Source of the DNA: Eledone cirrhosa | Lineage: Eukaryota | Direction of reading: 5' to 3' | Assembly (NCBI GenBank): GCA_964016885.1 | Contig: OZ024752.1 | Span: forward strand, 29,078,001 to 29,142,000 | DNA length: 64,000 nt | Shown here: positions 12,001 to 27,200 of the stretch, in pieces | How the letters are laid out: each line of letters starts with the position of its first letter | Position numbering within the stretch: the stretch's first letter is position 1 | The notes under the pieces: model-generated | What the model was told of the DNA's origin: nothing | The model's input: the letters and a program-made list of their open reading frames with translations, nothing else | Databases searched by the model: none | Translations under genes and position numbers: made by a program

Positions 12001-15000
12001 CTAGTTGGTTCTGTCAGAAGCAACCCTTTCCAACTGATCTAGCTGGATCCCCAAGTGAGACCAGCTGAGTTCATGGATGTTATTCAACCATCTAACTCGG
12101 GCTCTTCCTCAGGGTCTCCTGCTAGTTGGTTTTGCCCGTAAAATCTGTTTAGCAATTCTTTTCTGAGACATTCTAACCACATGTCCATAGTATCAGAGCT
12201 GTGATCTCTAAAGTATATTTATGTAGTTTAAAATACATATATTCTCATTGTGGAATGAAATACCGAAATTTCTCAAAAGTCACATGAGCATCAAATTTAC
12301 TGTGGGTTTAGATATTTTAAACTCTCATCTGTTTATTTATCTTTAGTTATCCTAACACTGAGAAGTAATAACTCAGAGCTATAGAAGATATGCACTTTTG
12401 CTCACACAATCTATTCTACTTTTCTATTGATGTTAGATTGACAACAGTAAAAACATTACTGTTACACCAGCTATCTATAATCAATAACACTTCTATTAAC
12501 AATAGAAAGCTGATATTTTATGATAAAACTCAGTAAGATCTTTATCAGAAACTTAATCTCTTTTAATTGTTGCATTTTAAAACAAACTGTAAGGACCTGG
12601 TGTTCCTTGTTCTTGCTAAGCTCAGTTAAGATCAAAGGTATTCTAGCCATTATCAATCACACTCTCTTTTACAGTGAACACAGAATTACATTATTCAATA
12701 TGTTCTCTTCTAAGAAAGTAGTATGTGATTTGAAGGAGATTTGGTTGTTATTTCTAGCAAGTCGAGTGACTTGGCTTAGTAGAGGCTACTTCATTGGCTT
12801 AGTAAAGGTCCCTTTTTGGTTTTCTGAAGGCTACCTCATCGGCTTAGTAAAAGGTCCCCCTTTTGGTTTTCTGGAGGCTACCTCATTGGCTTCAATAGAA
12901 GTTTCTTTGATGGTTCAGTGGTGATTCCCATGTTGGCTCAGTAAATGTTCCCTTATTTACTTGTTAATGGCTTTCTGGTTAAGTAAGGGCAGTGATTTCC
13001 AGCGTGGGCACACACCCCACAGGGGTGCGATTTGAATACTCAAGGGGCTATTTGAAAATGATGTTAATGAGAACAAACTTTAATGTTTTACTTTATTACT
13101 TTTACCTCAAGGCAACTTTGATTACTGTCAGAAACTCCTGTCTCTCCTCCTCCACACATGTTATTGTGTATCTGGCATCACCTATACCAAAGCAACTTTG
13201 GTACACATTACTGTCAGAAACTTTTGTCGCACCTCCTCCACACATGTTATTGTGTATCTGGAATCACCTACACATGTTTACACTTTGCAGTTGATCATTG
13301 CTGTTTTCACATTAAAGAGGGTGGAGGGGGCATAACAATCTTTTAGATGTTGAGGTGGGGCATGGTACACAAAAGGTTGGGAACCACTGAGTTAGTCTTG
13401 TTGAATTGTATAAGGCCATGGGTATAGATATGGTGTGTGTATAAACTTCTTGAAGCCACAAAACACATTATTTTGAATAGGCAATTTCTGACATCTATGA
13501 GGCACTTTACACTGAGCTCTAGATAACTTTCCAAAACTATTTAACTGTTTTAGATATATTGGTTTTGATAATTTTTATTACAATATCTTGAAACAATTTA
13601 TTTATATTAATAAAATGTTGTAGTTTGCTTGAAGCATTCTGTATAGCATATAATGTAGAAAATGATATGTTTAAGAAGGCTAAGACAATGTGAAATGTTT
13701 GTAAAATTTAGTTTAGATGAAGGCAACGAAGATGTTTGTGTTACCTGGTATTTATTATTATCTTTTGTTTTTTTATTATTATTATTTTTTTTGTCCTAAT
13801 ATTTCGGGACTTAAAAATCCTTTTCTCAGAGTAAAGGGTACTTTCGGAGCAAAACATTCCTGTCTTATTGCTTTGAAATTTGATTTAAATTCAAAATTTA
13901 TAAACTGCTTTCAAGGTTGTGTTTTGATATTTATATTCATTTCTAAAAATTATTTTTACAGATTATGAAGGTACTGGGTTTCTCTTCCTTCAGTATTTTC
14001 TTACTCAAGGTATAATAATTAAACTCAATGCATCTAGTGAAGTTTTCTTTAATAAAACTACAGTCCATCTGAATCGACAGCCATATCCACCATACAACAA
14101 TGATCCTATGGTTCTAATTCTACAGAACCAACTTCCATTTATGCTCGTACTTAGTTTTGTACTTTGTGCTCTTCAAATAGTGAAAGATATTGTCCAAGAA
14201 AAAGAACTAAGATTAAAGGTGAGTTACAATAAAGTTTGTATAATAACCAGCTTTGTTATATCACATGGTTGTATATCTGGTTATGTGAATATTTTGTTGT
14301 GATGAGTTTTAGAACCTTCTATATACAGTTGTAGGGTGCTGAATTGACAAAGTCATTAGAATGTTGGATTAAATGCTTTCTGAGTTCAAATCCTGCCAAT
14401 ATCAACTTTGCCTTTCATCCATTCAAGATTGATTAAAAAAAAGTACCTATCAAGTACTAGAGTCGATTCTTCCTCAATATCTCTTTCTCACTTCCATTCG
14501 CTCACTCTCTGTCCTTCTTTGGAAGAAATCTTCTGTATTCAGACCTGGAGAGGAGATAAGCCCTGCCAGGTTTTAAAATGCTCTAGAAATGCTGTATGTC
14601 AATATGACTCTCTGCACTCTGAGTTCAAATCCCACCGAGGTCAACTTTGGCTTTCATTTCGATGTCGATAAAAAAAATGTACCTGTCAAGTACTTTTTTT
14701 TTCCTCTATATCTCTTGCTTCCATTCTCTCTCACTCTCTATCCTTCTCTGGAAGAAGTCTGCTGTACTCAGGCCTGGAGAAGGATGGGCTCCGTCAGACT
14801 TAAAATGCCCTAGAAATGCTGTACAAGTATGTCAATACAGCACCCCTATGACACCCTCAGGAGTTATGGGACCATACCATACCTGAGGTGAAAGGCTTCA
14901 AGAGTAAAGTTTTATGTTTTTAGCTGAAATCCACCACAGTAATTTCATTGAGTATTTTGACTGCGATATACAGTAGTCCCCTGGTATTCACGGGGGTTAC

Positions 15001-18000
15001 ATTCCTAGAGCAAATATTGGATGTGGTCCATAAAAATGCTTATAAACATCTAAATACAATGTGAAAATTAAAAAAGAGGGAGCGTCTTATTCGAAGAGGT
15101 GTCCAATAGGCCAGCAAATACGGTATATTGTTATTAATAATTTAGCATTATATATTGCCATGAAAAAAGCCATAAAAAAAAATCGCGGAAGATATTTATG
15201 GTTTGTTAGGTTCTAACTAAGCCGCGAATAACTGGGGCCACGAATGTTGGAAGTACACTGTATTGAAATAATATCCAGTTAAAGCATATCTTTCATTTGT
15301 TTAATATTTTGAAAACAGCACTAAACATAAATTGTTATAAACTTTTCGGGTTTAGAGAAAAGGATGTGTGAGGGTGAGAGAAAGCAAGTATGTGTGTCAG
15401 GGAGAAAGCATGTATGTAACTAAGTACCTATTGGTGTTTGTGTGTGTTCAAGAAAATTTGTGAGAGTTCATGTGTATAGATGAGACTATCAGTGGGGTTG
15501 AATCTCAAATGATATAGTAGTAAAGTGAACTTGTTGACAACCCAACCATACCTGCATCTGTTAATAAGTACGTTGTAATAGTTAAAGTTTTGCTACAATA
15601 ACAGATTTGAACCTGTGGCATGATAGCAGAAATTCTGTAATGTCTATTTTTAGATATGTGACTTTATATAGTTGATGGAAGCTATATAGAAGAAGGTAGG
15701 AAGACTTGGGATGAGGTGATAAAAGCTGACCTTGCACAATTGCACCTCTCCAAGGCAATGACACAGGATTGAGATCTTTCGCGTTATACAATAATACAGA
15801 AGACCCGTCTTCCCATGTGCACTGGTTGAAGCATACATCTAGTATGCATCATTCTATTTCTATCATCCCCTCCCCCTTTCCAAACATGTCCCATGCCGTA
15901 ACACTCCACCTACGTCCTAACACCCCATCCTTCAACCACGTCCTTACTATGCCCCACCCCAGCTCCAGCCTCACAGTCCACACTGTAAAGTGGTCATGTT
16001 GGTATCATGACAAAAAGCAACCAGTCCACACTGTAAAGTGGTCATATTGGTGACATGATAAAAAGCACTCAGCGCGCATCATAAAGTGGTTGTGTTGGTG
16101 TCATAACAAAAAGCACCCAGTCCACACTGAAAATGTGGTTGGCGTTAGGAAGGGCATCCAGTCATAGAAACCAAACCAGAAACAGTTCTGTATGAGCAAG
16201 ACATGGTCATCTTTTCTGACTTGTCTTACAACGGGACAACTTGTCTAACCCATGTTGGAAAATGGATGTTAAACAGCGATGATGATGATGATGATTGTAT
16301 AATTGCACATCCTTCCCTGACTTCTTAACCCTTTAGCATTTAAATCAGCCGTATATAGCCAGAATTCTCTCACCTCTTTCTGTTTAAACTAGCTATAACC
16401 AGCTGCTCATACTTATGTTAAGGGATTGTTCTCAAAATAAATAATATCAAAATTTCATAAATTTGATATTATGTGAGATAATTATGTAAGATAAAGTCTT
16501 TACCACAAAAATACAATAGCATATATAGAATAATGCAAAGGTTAAAAGATTAATCTTGAAGTTATGTTGGTGTGTATATATATTTTTAATGCCACTTTTC
16601 TATGTAGTATACTCCTAAAATAATTTTTCTTATTTTCTTTTTCAGGAAGCCATGAAAATGATGGGACTACAAAACTGGACCATTTGGATAGGATGGTTCA
16701 TAAAATATTTCATCTTTATATTAATATCAATTTCCACAATGACATTGTTTCTATGTATAAAAGTTGGAGATAAAGGAAGTGTTGTGGGTTATACAAATCC
16801 ATTAATACTTTTTATCTTCTTTCTTGCTTATACTTTTGCAACCATCACTTTCTGCTTTTTACTGAGTTCATTTTTTTCTAAAGGTAAGCTTTTCAAAAAT
16901 ATAACTAAAAGTATTAACCCTTTCATGACCACATTTCTAATGAAATACACTCTATTTTAATTAAGTAATGAAGACTTTTCAGGGATTTACTAAAATTATT
17001 AATTATTTCATTAATAAGATAGTAACTTAATGTAAGGTTCTTATACAAAATTATGTTGAAAGATATTAATTTAAATTGGAAACCTTTAAAATGAGTGACC
17101 CTATCTGATAGAACCTGAGGTGTGTTTGAGTGAGTTGCTAACTAAGCTAGTAACTTAATGTAAGGTTCTTATATAAAATTATGTTGGAAGATTTTAATTT
17201 AAATTAGAAGCCTTTAAAATTGGTGGCTTTATTTCTTAGAACCAGAGCTGTTTCATTGGCTCAGTATGTCTGGTTGTAAACTATGAGGGTCGGATGAAAA
17301 GTTCATAGGCTGACTATGGAGGAGTGATGCTAGTACTGTGAAATCTTGCATGCATTAATTTCAACTCTTCTTATTAATAACTGCATTGTTTCTTTCTAGG
17401 GACTATGTTGAAAAATAAACCTCATTTGGTCATTCCATAAGAATATCTTGGTCAGCCTATGAACTTTTCAGTCTATTAAATTTTCAGCTAACCATCATAG
17501 TAGCATGAGATCTGCACTTTGAGCATCAAAAACACTGAAAAATTGTTTATACAAGTATAAAAAGCTCCCAGTCCATGCTGTAAAGTGGTTAGCATTAGGA
17601 AAGACATCCAGATGTAGAAAACCAAGCCCAAAATGGAGCATAAGAGCAAGAACGTAGTTACCTGATTTGTGTAGACATATAACATGATAGCCCATCTAAC
17701 CCATGCAAGCCTGGAAAATAGACATTTGATGGTGATGATGATAATAATTTAGATAAAGTCTCAGATATATTGATTATTTATTAAGCTTTCGAGGGTTGCT
17801 GTAAAATAGCTGAATTCTACTAGTGTTATCACAAATGAGAGTCAGAATCTCAACAGTTTACATTTGCAGTTTTTGGTTTTTTATATGCTATAACACAATT
17901 TTCAATCCTTAATTCTGTATTTTTGTTTCACTTATTTTCTTTTGAATAATGTAATGATACAATAATTTTCTATGTAACAAAGAAAGTTTTTTTTTCTTTT

Positions 18001-18236
18001 TTCCAGCCAACACAGGAGCTGTTGCTGGTGGTGCTTTATTCTTTCTTTCTTATATTCCATACACATTCCTTGCTAGTCGATATGGTACTTTAAGTTGGGC
18101 TGCTAAAATTGGAGTTTGTTTAATATCCAATATTGCACTAGCTTTAGGTGCCCAGGTCCTTGGAACATTTGAAGGTCAAGGTAAAATTATACATTTACAT
18201 ATTATTTACTATACATATATATGATTTCCTTGTTAC

Positions 18237-18271
<35 letters not shown>

Positions 18272-21200
18272 GTTTAACGTCCATCTTCCATGCTTGCATG
18301 TAGTACAATAAAGCAATGCAGATATCGGATAAGTAGCACTCTACAGTTTGTAGGACTGGAGTATAAATAATATAAGATCAAAAGATGGTTAAAAGAGTTC
18401 CATGTATTTTATTATGCGCATTTCAAAAACAAATATCATCATGAGATGACATTTGCGTTTTCGTCAGATAAAATAGGAATACATGATATGAAGGTTAAAA
18501 AACACTTGTGAATAGTGGAGTTTTAAATCAACATATGAAAAGTAATTTAAGATTGATGTATGATATTGGGGAAAAAAAAGTGAGGGGGGGGGTGGAAAGG
18601 GTGAAAAAGAGGAGGAGATGAGAGTAAAGAATGGTGGGGGAGGAGTATAATAAGGAAGGAGGAGAGATGGGTGATAGAAAGAGAGAGATAGCCTTTATAA
18701 CTGAGAAAAAATATATATTGTTTCACAGAGAGGTTAAAAAGCCGTTGGAAGATAATATATAATTTAAAAGAATTTGAAAATAAAAAGTTGATGAAGAGAA
18801 AAAAAAGTTAAGAATAATATTAAATTAAGGTTTGTATGCTGCCAATCCACTGCCCCAATAATAATCACAAATATCAAACGGAATGTTTTTCTTTATTAGA
18901 TACTAGCAGTAAAGCCCGGCGTTGCTTGGGGTCGCTCAGTAGCTGTGTTAAAGTTACAATGTTAAGTTTCTTTCTTGGCTTAAAAACTGTAGTGTCTACT
19001 GTGCAGACTTGCATGTGGTGTTTTTGATTAATATTCCCTCAACCAACAATATGCCTTATGAAGTTAAGAAAACATAACGATAACCCCAATGGTATAACAA
19101 AAGAGGATGCTGGGGATAGAAACTGCACTGGTTATTTATTAACAAAGATCGAAAATGTAAACACTGCAACGCAGAGAAAAACATTAGCGTAACCAAATTA
19201 TCAGTTATGTCTGTCTGCACGCCTATATCACCTCTCTGCACGACTGTCTGTCTGCACGCCTATATCACCTCTCTGCACGACTGTCTGTCTGCACGCCTAT
19301 ATCACCTCTCTGCACGACTGTCTGTCTGCACGCGTATATCACCTCTCTGCACGACTGTCTGTCTGCACGACTGTCTGTCTGCACGCCTAACGACGAAATA
19401 TTTGCTTGTTTTACGTAGTCTTTAAATAGACTTGTTTTCAAGTAAAAATATTGTTTTAAAATGCTTTTAAATGGAAATGAAGCAAAACGGAAGCTTAGTG
19501 TTCGGACTGATGAATTTTGCAGGTCAATATTTTGCTGGCTCGACAACTGTTAATGTCATTTTAAACGCTGAGAAAGCCAGCGTAATTTTTTACGTAAGAC
19601 GCTCAATGTAAACAGAACAAAGGGAAATAACTGATAACTTACGCTCAAAAATCGATACATTATATTCGATTTCGTCACATGGGGCGGGTCAATTTGAAAT
19701 ATTTTTTTTCCGATGTCTTCGCTAGGGCTCAATGTACAAGTATAACAATTTCGGTGCAATTCCGTGAGAGATTCTAAGAGGAGATCATCATCATCATCAT
19801 CATCAACGTTTAACGTCCGTGTTCCACGCTTGCATGGGTTTGGACGGGGGTAGTCCCACTTGAGGCAAGAGTGATTGTCTTGCTCGCATAGGACTGTCTG
19901 GCAGGTTTTCTACAGTTGGATGCCCTTCCTAACACCAACCACATTTACAGTGTGGGTCTGGGAGGTTTTTACCGTGTTGCCTACACGGCCACATTACAGC
20001 GTGGACTGTGTGTTTTTTTGTCGTGACACCTACACGATCTCATTTGTTTCGGCCTCGATGGCACGGCACCAACATAACTTTACATAGAACGGGGTGGTGT
20101 GGATGGGGTGGGGGTGGTGGTGGTGGGACGGGGTGTATTTTGTTAGAGATGCCTACTGGCTGGAGTAGGTTTTACTATATATTTAGGTAAGGCGGGTCTT
20201 CTCTGTTACTGAGTACCGCCAAAGGTCTCGGTCCAGTGACATTGTCTTGGAGAGGTGTAAGTGTGTGATGTCGGAGTTTATCAGCTCGTCCCAGGTTTTT
20301 CTAGGTCTGCCTATTCCGTGACTACCGTCTATCTTTATTGCCCTGCACTTTGTTATACAGCTATCGACTTTCATGCGCATCACGTGTCCATACCAACGTA
20401 GCCTTCTCTCGAGTAAACAACATCTGATCCCTCTTATCTCTAATTTTTTCCTTAGTTCGTTTATGCTTTGCCGTTCACGTATATTACTGTTACACATCCA
20501 GCGGAGCATGCAAGCTTCGTTCCTCTCTAGTCTGCGTATATCCTCTGCACACAATGCCCAGGTCTCACTGCCATGCAGCATTGCTGTTCGTATGCAGGCA
20601 TCGTACAACCTGCCTTTCATAAAAATCGATAGACAGACAGACAACCACAGTTTTATATATATAGATGAACTTTGAGCAACTGATTATAAAATTAACTGTT
20701 TTCCAAAGGAGCAAAAAGAGAAGCTAACCTAATTCATGGTTTTATCAGTGTTTTTACTGATTAGATCAACTTCCACTTTAGTATGATTAATAAGTCTACT
20801 TTAAGTTTAATAACAAAATGAAATTGTAATATTTGAACATAATTTATGTGTTTTACAAAGCTAGAAGATCAAATTTATTCTAATGATTAACTTGTTAACA
20901 ATTTGTTTTTGTTCGTACATTTATGTTATGTAAAAGATAAAATTATAATTTTTTGACAAAAATCATTAATTACTGACAAAAATGATTAATTTTCCGTCAA
21001 AAATCATAAATTTTCCGACTAAAATTACTTATTTTCCAACAAAAATCACTAATTTTCCAACAAAAATAATTTTCTGACAAAAATTACTAAATTTTCTAAC
21101 CCTTTTTTTTTGGGGGGGGGGGGGTTACCTCCATGCACCCCCAACAATACACTACTGGTCAGTCAGAAGGTACAAAAATATTTCATAAAATTTATGTTTT

Positions 21201-24200
21201 TCAATTTTCCAGTAATATTTTTGAATCATTTAAAATATAAAATTGCTGTAGATTAGTATTCCCCAAGTTGTTCAGACATGTATAGAAAAATAAACACACA
21301 AACATGAGACAGACAGACACATACATACAAACATGTGACACACACATACACACAAACACATGACAGAAACATACACACAAACACATGACAGAAACATACA
21401 CACAAACACATGACAGAAACATACACACAAACACATGACAGACACATACACACAAACACATGACAGAAACATACACACAAACACATGACAGAAACATACA
21501 CACAAACATGTGACACACACATACACACAAACACATGACAGAAACATACACAAACATGTGACACACACATACACACAAACACATGACAGAAACATACACA
21601 CAAACATGTGACACACACATACACACAAACACATGACAGAAACATATACACAAACATGTGACACACACATACACACAAACAGAAGAGAGACACATACGCA
21701 TAAACTAGGACAAACTCATACACAGAAACAAAGACAAACACATATACACAAAGACAGACACATATCATCATCATCATCATCATTACCGTTTTACGTCCGT
21801 TCTTTCCTTTGGAATAATGTTAATTTTATAATCAGTTGCTCAAAGTTCATACCTAATAAAGAAAAACATTCCGTTTGATATTTGTGATTATTATTGGGGC
21901 AGTGGATTGGCAGTGGATTGGTAGAACGTCGGACACCATGCTTCACACCAGTTTGTTATATCTCTTTACGTTCTGAGTTCAAATCCCATCGAAGTTAGCT
22001 TTGCCTTTCATCCTTACAGAGGTCGATAAAATAAAGTACCAGTAACCACCCTCCCCTAAAATTGTTGGCCTTGTGCCTAAATCAGAAACCTTTATTGTTT
22101 GATAGGAAACACTCGCACTAAAAAAAAAATAATGATTTAACCATGCATTGATATTTATTTTTACTTTGGTATTTTTACTTTTTAGGTATTGGTGTTCAAT
22201 GGAATAACATAAGCCAAGGTTCTTCAGTTGACGATGACTTTGCATTTCTTCATATCATCCTGATGTTAATTTTGGACACTATTATTTATAGCCTTCTTAC
22301 ATGGTATATTGAAGCAGTATTTCCAGGAGAGTATGGTGTACCACAGAAATGGTACTTCCCTTTTATGGTAAATCATTGCTTAATCATCTATTATTTTATC
22401 TTTTAACACTAAATAATTCTCTGATTTCTTTCCGATAATATTTTATGAATCTTTACTAGTAGATAGATTGTCATGAATATTTGCAATATTAAAGTAACCC
22501 TTTAGTATTTAAACTGGATGTATCTGGCCAGAATTCTCTCACCTCTTTATGTTCAAACCAGCTGTAACTGTCCACTCATATTGATGTTAAGGTATTGTTC
22601 TCAAAATAAATGATATCAAAATCTCATAGCTTCAAAATTATGTGAGGTAAAGTCTTTACCATGAAACTACAATGATAAATATAGAGTAATGTAAATGCTA
22701 AAGGGTTAATGTGATGCAGTCATCATGCTGTGTGTTGTACTTTGTAAAAATGCCTTGCTAATATGGTTTTATTTTGTATAGTTTGTGGAGTTAAAAAATC
22801 GTTTTAAAAGATGTGTTAGAATATAAGGATACACAAAGCTAGTTATTTTTAATTACAAGAATGTTTATTATATCGTCCATATTATATATAAATTAGTTTA
22901 CAGAAAATTTTCCAAAAATAAAAAATAATTGTAACTTTTAATAATGTCAACAAATTTGTTACTGTTGGACTAACAGACAATCAAGCAAACCTTTTGGTCT
23001 TTGATTCTTATAATCCCTTTATTATTTGGAGAAAGTATTTCGACTGTGTGAGGTAACATACAGTCAGCAAATTCTGAAGAGCAGATGGCAGTGTTGTAAG
23101 AGCATAACAAAGAATGAACATAGATAATAGACAGTGGTTGAAAGTAATTGGTGATGGTACAGAGATAAACTCTTAATGAATACAATATATCAACTGTTTT
23201 TAATTATTGCTTAACTCTTTAGCATTTAAACCAGCCATATTTGGCCAGAATTCTTTCACCTCTTTCTCTTCAAACCGACTGCAACCAGCTGCTCATATTG
23301 ATGTTAAGGTATTGTTCTCAAAATAAATAATATCAAAATCTCATAGATTCGATATTATGTGAAATAATTATGTGAGGTAAAGCCTTTACCATGAAAATAC
23401 AATAGTATATATAGAGAAATGTAAATACTAAAAGGTTAAAATAGATTGTACTATACATTAAAAAAAGCTCATCTGTCCAGTCTTATCCTTGGTTCCATTG
23501 GTGTAAAGCAACTGATAGTACAACACACTGTCTCTGGACAAGATGCTAGTTCATTGCTGGGTTAACTCCTAGCTACTGCTGTTATTCATTTGCAGCTGAG
23601 TTACTGAAGCAACATGAAATGAAGTGTTTTGCTCAAGAATACAATGTACCACCCACTACAGGAATTGAACTGATGACATGATTGTAAGTCCAACACCCTA
23701 ACCACTAAGCCAAACATCTCCCTTATTGTCTTTGGAGAAATACAAAGGTTACAGATTCCCACTTCCTTTTCTTGTGAACCAAAAGCTTCATTTTTAATGA
23801 ATATATCATTATTTTCATTATTCCCTGCTATTTTTCTGAAAGATACTTTTTGAAATCATCATTATCATTTTTTTTTTTCATCCATTTTTCCACACTTGCA
23901 TGGGTTGGACGGGTCCTATTCAGCACAGTATCTCTTCACTTGCTGCATTACTTTGTCATTTCCTCTGTGAGTCTCAGCGATTTGAGATCAGCTCTCAACA
24001 CCTTTGTCTAAGTCTTTCTTGGTCTTCCTCTATGGCAGCTTCCTTCCACTGGGGTTTCCTGTCACTTTTTCACCCAGTAGATGAAATGTAAAAGTATAAT
24101 CCTCTTTTTTTTCTTTTTTCTTTTTCAGAAATCTTATTGGTGTGGAACTACTCAAGTTAATATCACCTCTGGTTCTCTAGGTCCTGGAAACCCCGAAGAA

Positions 24201-27200
24201 CAACAGTATTTTGAATCAGAACCTAACAACTTAAAAGCAGGGATCGAAATAAAACATTTGTATAAGGTATGTTTATTTGCAAAGGCAGTGAATTAGCAGT
24301 CATTAGAACATTGGATGGAATGCTTTGTGGTATTTGTTTCGGCTCCCTCCTCTTTGAGTTCAAATCCCGCCTAGGTCAACTTTGCCTTTCATCCATTCAA
24401 GGTCGATAAGTACTGGGGGTTGATTCTTCCTCTATATCTCTTTCTCACTTCCATTCTCTCACTTTCTATCCTTCTCTGGAAGAAATCTGCTGTATTCAGA
24501 CCTGGAGAAGAGATGGGCTCCACCAAGCTTTAAAAAATGCCCTAGAAATGTTGTATGTCACTGCAGTGCCCCTACGACTCCCTCGGGAGTTACGAGACCA
24601 TGTATGTTTATTTGTGGTTTCATACCACTTTAATACAGAGTGCCATGTTGAGACACCTATACATTTGCGACACCATCTAACATGTGCAAGAACATTAGTT
24701 TAACCCAAAATTTGTCTTCTATTATCTCTTATTTGTTATAGAGAGCAGTATTTGTTCTACTTCTTTATATTCTGAGTTCAAATCCCCCTAAGATCAGCTA
24801 TCCTTTTCTTCCTTATGGGGGTTGATAAAAAGATGTTCCAGTCAAGTGTTGTATTTAGTTTAATTAACTAACCCCGCCTCCAAATCTATGATATTGTGTC
24901 CATGTTAGAAACAATTATTTGAAATAGTTAAATTGTTAAGAAAAAAAAAGCAACAGCTGAAGAAATGTTTTCATCATCTGTTTATGTCAGTTGTGTGCAA
25001 CATATTCCATTAGCGGGCCACTTTTGAACATTGGAACAACTATTAGGGCTATTAATATTTATTAAGCACTATTCCAAAGATTCACCACAACTTCTTTCCA
25101 TAACATGGAACTGGGAAATTACACACAACCCTATCACTGAAGCCCTTTAGTATAGGTCAACTAACAGAAAATTGTATTACAGTTATGAAAAAAATTCTAA
25201 ATAAGCCTACAAGGTAAAACTTAAAAACGGTCATTGTGGGCCACTCTCACTGGCTGGCAGGCTAGATTGTGGCCCGCGGGCCACCTGTTACATACCCCTG
25301 GTCTATGTCAACCTTTCTATGCTTGCATGGGTTTGATGTGTGTTTTCCAGCACAACTTCCCTTTGCCTACTGCGTTCCTTCATCATCTCCTCTGTCAGAT
25401 TCAACATATTGAGATCTGCTTTGACCACTTCTGTTCAGGTCTTCTTTGGCCTTTCTCTACTGCAACTCCGTTCCACTGGGAACTCCTGGCACTTCTTCAC
25501 CCAATAATCAACATCCACACGCATTATATATTCATACCAACACAGTCTTCTCTATTTACAATTTTTAAATTCTCGTGTATTTATTATATTCTAGGAATTT
25601 AATGGCAGTAAAAAGGTTGCTGTTGATGATCTAACTCTGAATATGTATGAAGGCCAAATTACAGCACTACTTGGACACAATGGTGCTGGAAAGACTACTA
25701 CGTTGTCCATGCTCACTGGTAAGTAAACTGCTGAACTTTACTTAGTTTAGAATTGAAATAGAAAAAGCTACACAGTAATATTGATTAAATAATATAGTCT
25801 AATAATGGGGTATATGAACCCACTGAACAGAAAAAGATCGATATCAGCACACATGTTTGCTGATATCCATTCTTTTCTGTTCAGTGGGTTTATACGCCCC
25901 CTTGTGGATTGGCAGTATCAGTAGAGCGTCAGACACCATGCTTTGTCGTATAGAGTTATGGCCCTTTATGTTCTCAGTTCAAATCCTGCCGAGGTTAACT
26001 TTGCCTTTCATCCTTATGGATTCGATAAAATAAAGCACCAGTAAATCGCTGGGGTAATTGATGGTCTTGTGCTGATAGTTGAAATAATTATTTAGTCCAT
26101 GTTACATTGTAGCTTCTAAACTTTGCTTGCCATATTCCAAACATACTTCCTTTGTTCCTTTAGTTTGTTTATTGGAATTTTATAAGAAAATATACTTGTC
26201 GTGTAACCCCAGGTCAGCCTTAATAACACAAACTGAGATATGTATGTAGTGAAATTATACACAGCCAGTTATTGTATGAAACAATCGCTATGTTCATATT
26301 TGCATATAACTAATTTCTGTGCAAGACTTGCTAAATTTTCCAAATTTATAGTATGACATCATCTTGTTGTTTAAAAGATGGTGCTACCAGCTCTTCCTCT
26401 CTTGGTTGGTAGCAGATTTCTCATTGAAGCAGAGTCACTTCAGGCTGTACATCAGTGAGTATGATGACCTGTCATGTGTATCTCTTATTCTCTCAGATCT
26501 ATTCACTCCCATCTTTAGCTTCTCCCTCTCTCCTATTTTTACACGACTCTCCATACATGCCATCACAACTCTCACAGTTTATTCTGTCCAATCTTTCATA
26601 CAATTCATTTACACACAAATATCATTGCTTTATTCAATTTGTTATGATTATTCTTTTGCTGGCTTCATAATTTCAACAAATCATCTAAAGATTTGAACAT
26701 AGTTTCAAATTCGATATTTCACAAATAAATAACTGTACTTTAGACCACAGGTTCTCAACCCATTTAGGCCAAACGCCCCCTTTTGTCTCTCGAAATCATG
26801 AAACGTCCCCCTACCCTATTTTTCCATTTTTCAATATACTACTAATTTTAATATCAGTAGATTACTAAAAAATTGATTAACAATATTCCAAAGATACGAT
26901 TGCAGGCAGCTGAGAGTATAAATATATTCCTTGAAAGGAAATATATAAATTTCAAAAAACGGAATATAAATGTTCTTTTTTATGAATAATGACCAGTTGA
27001 AGTTGTTATATTCCCACCAGGCGATACCAGCTACTTTGAACATTTCTGCAAGAGCAACTCTGTCTATCCCAAGAGTGCTCTTACCTGGAAGAAAGTGGCA
27101 ATTATATCATTTCAAAGCTTTTCAATTTTCCCTTTAATGAAACAGACAGAATAAATTTATCAGTAAATGGTAAAATATATACAACAAATAAGAAAGTGAA

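Noticed and set aside
12990-13389. hAT-type MITE (CAGTG...CACTG)
   Set aside because: TIRs are weak and there is no matching 8-bp TSD; not supportable.
21201-21783. Cys/Val-rich ORFs
   Set aside because: Translations of a CA/TG minisatellite.
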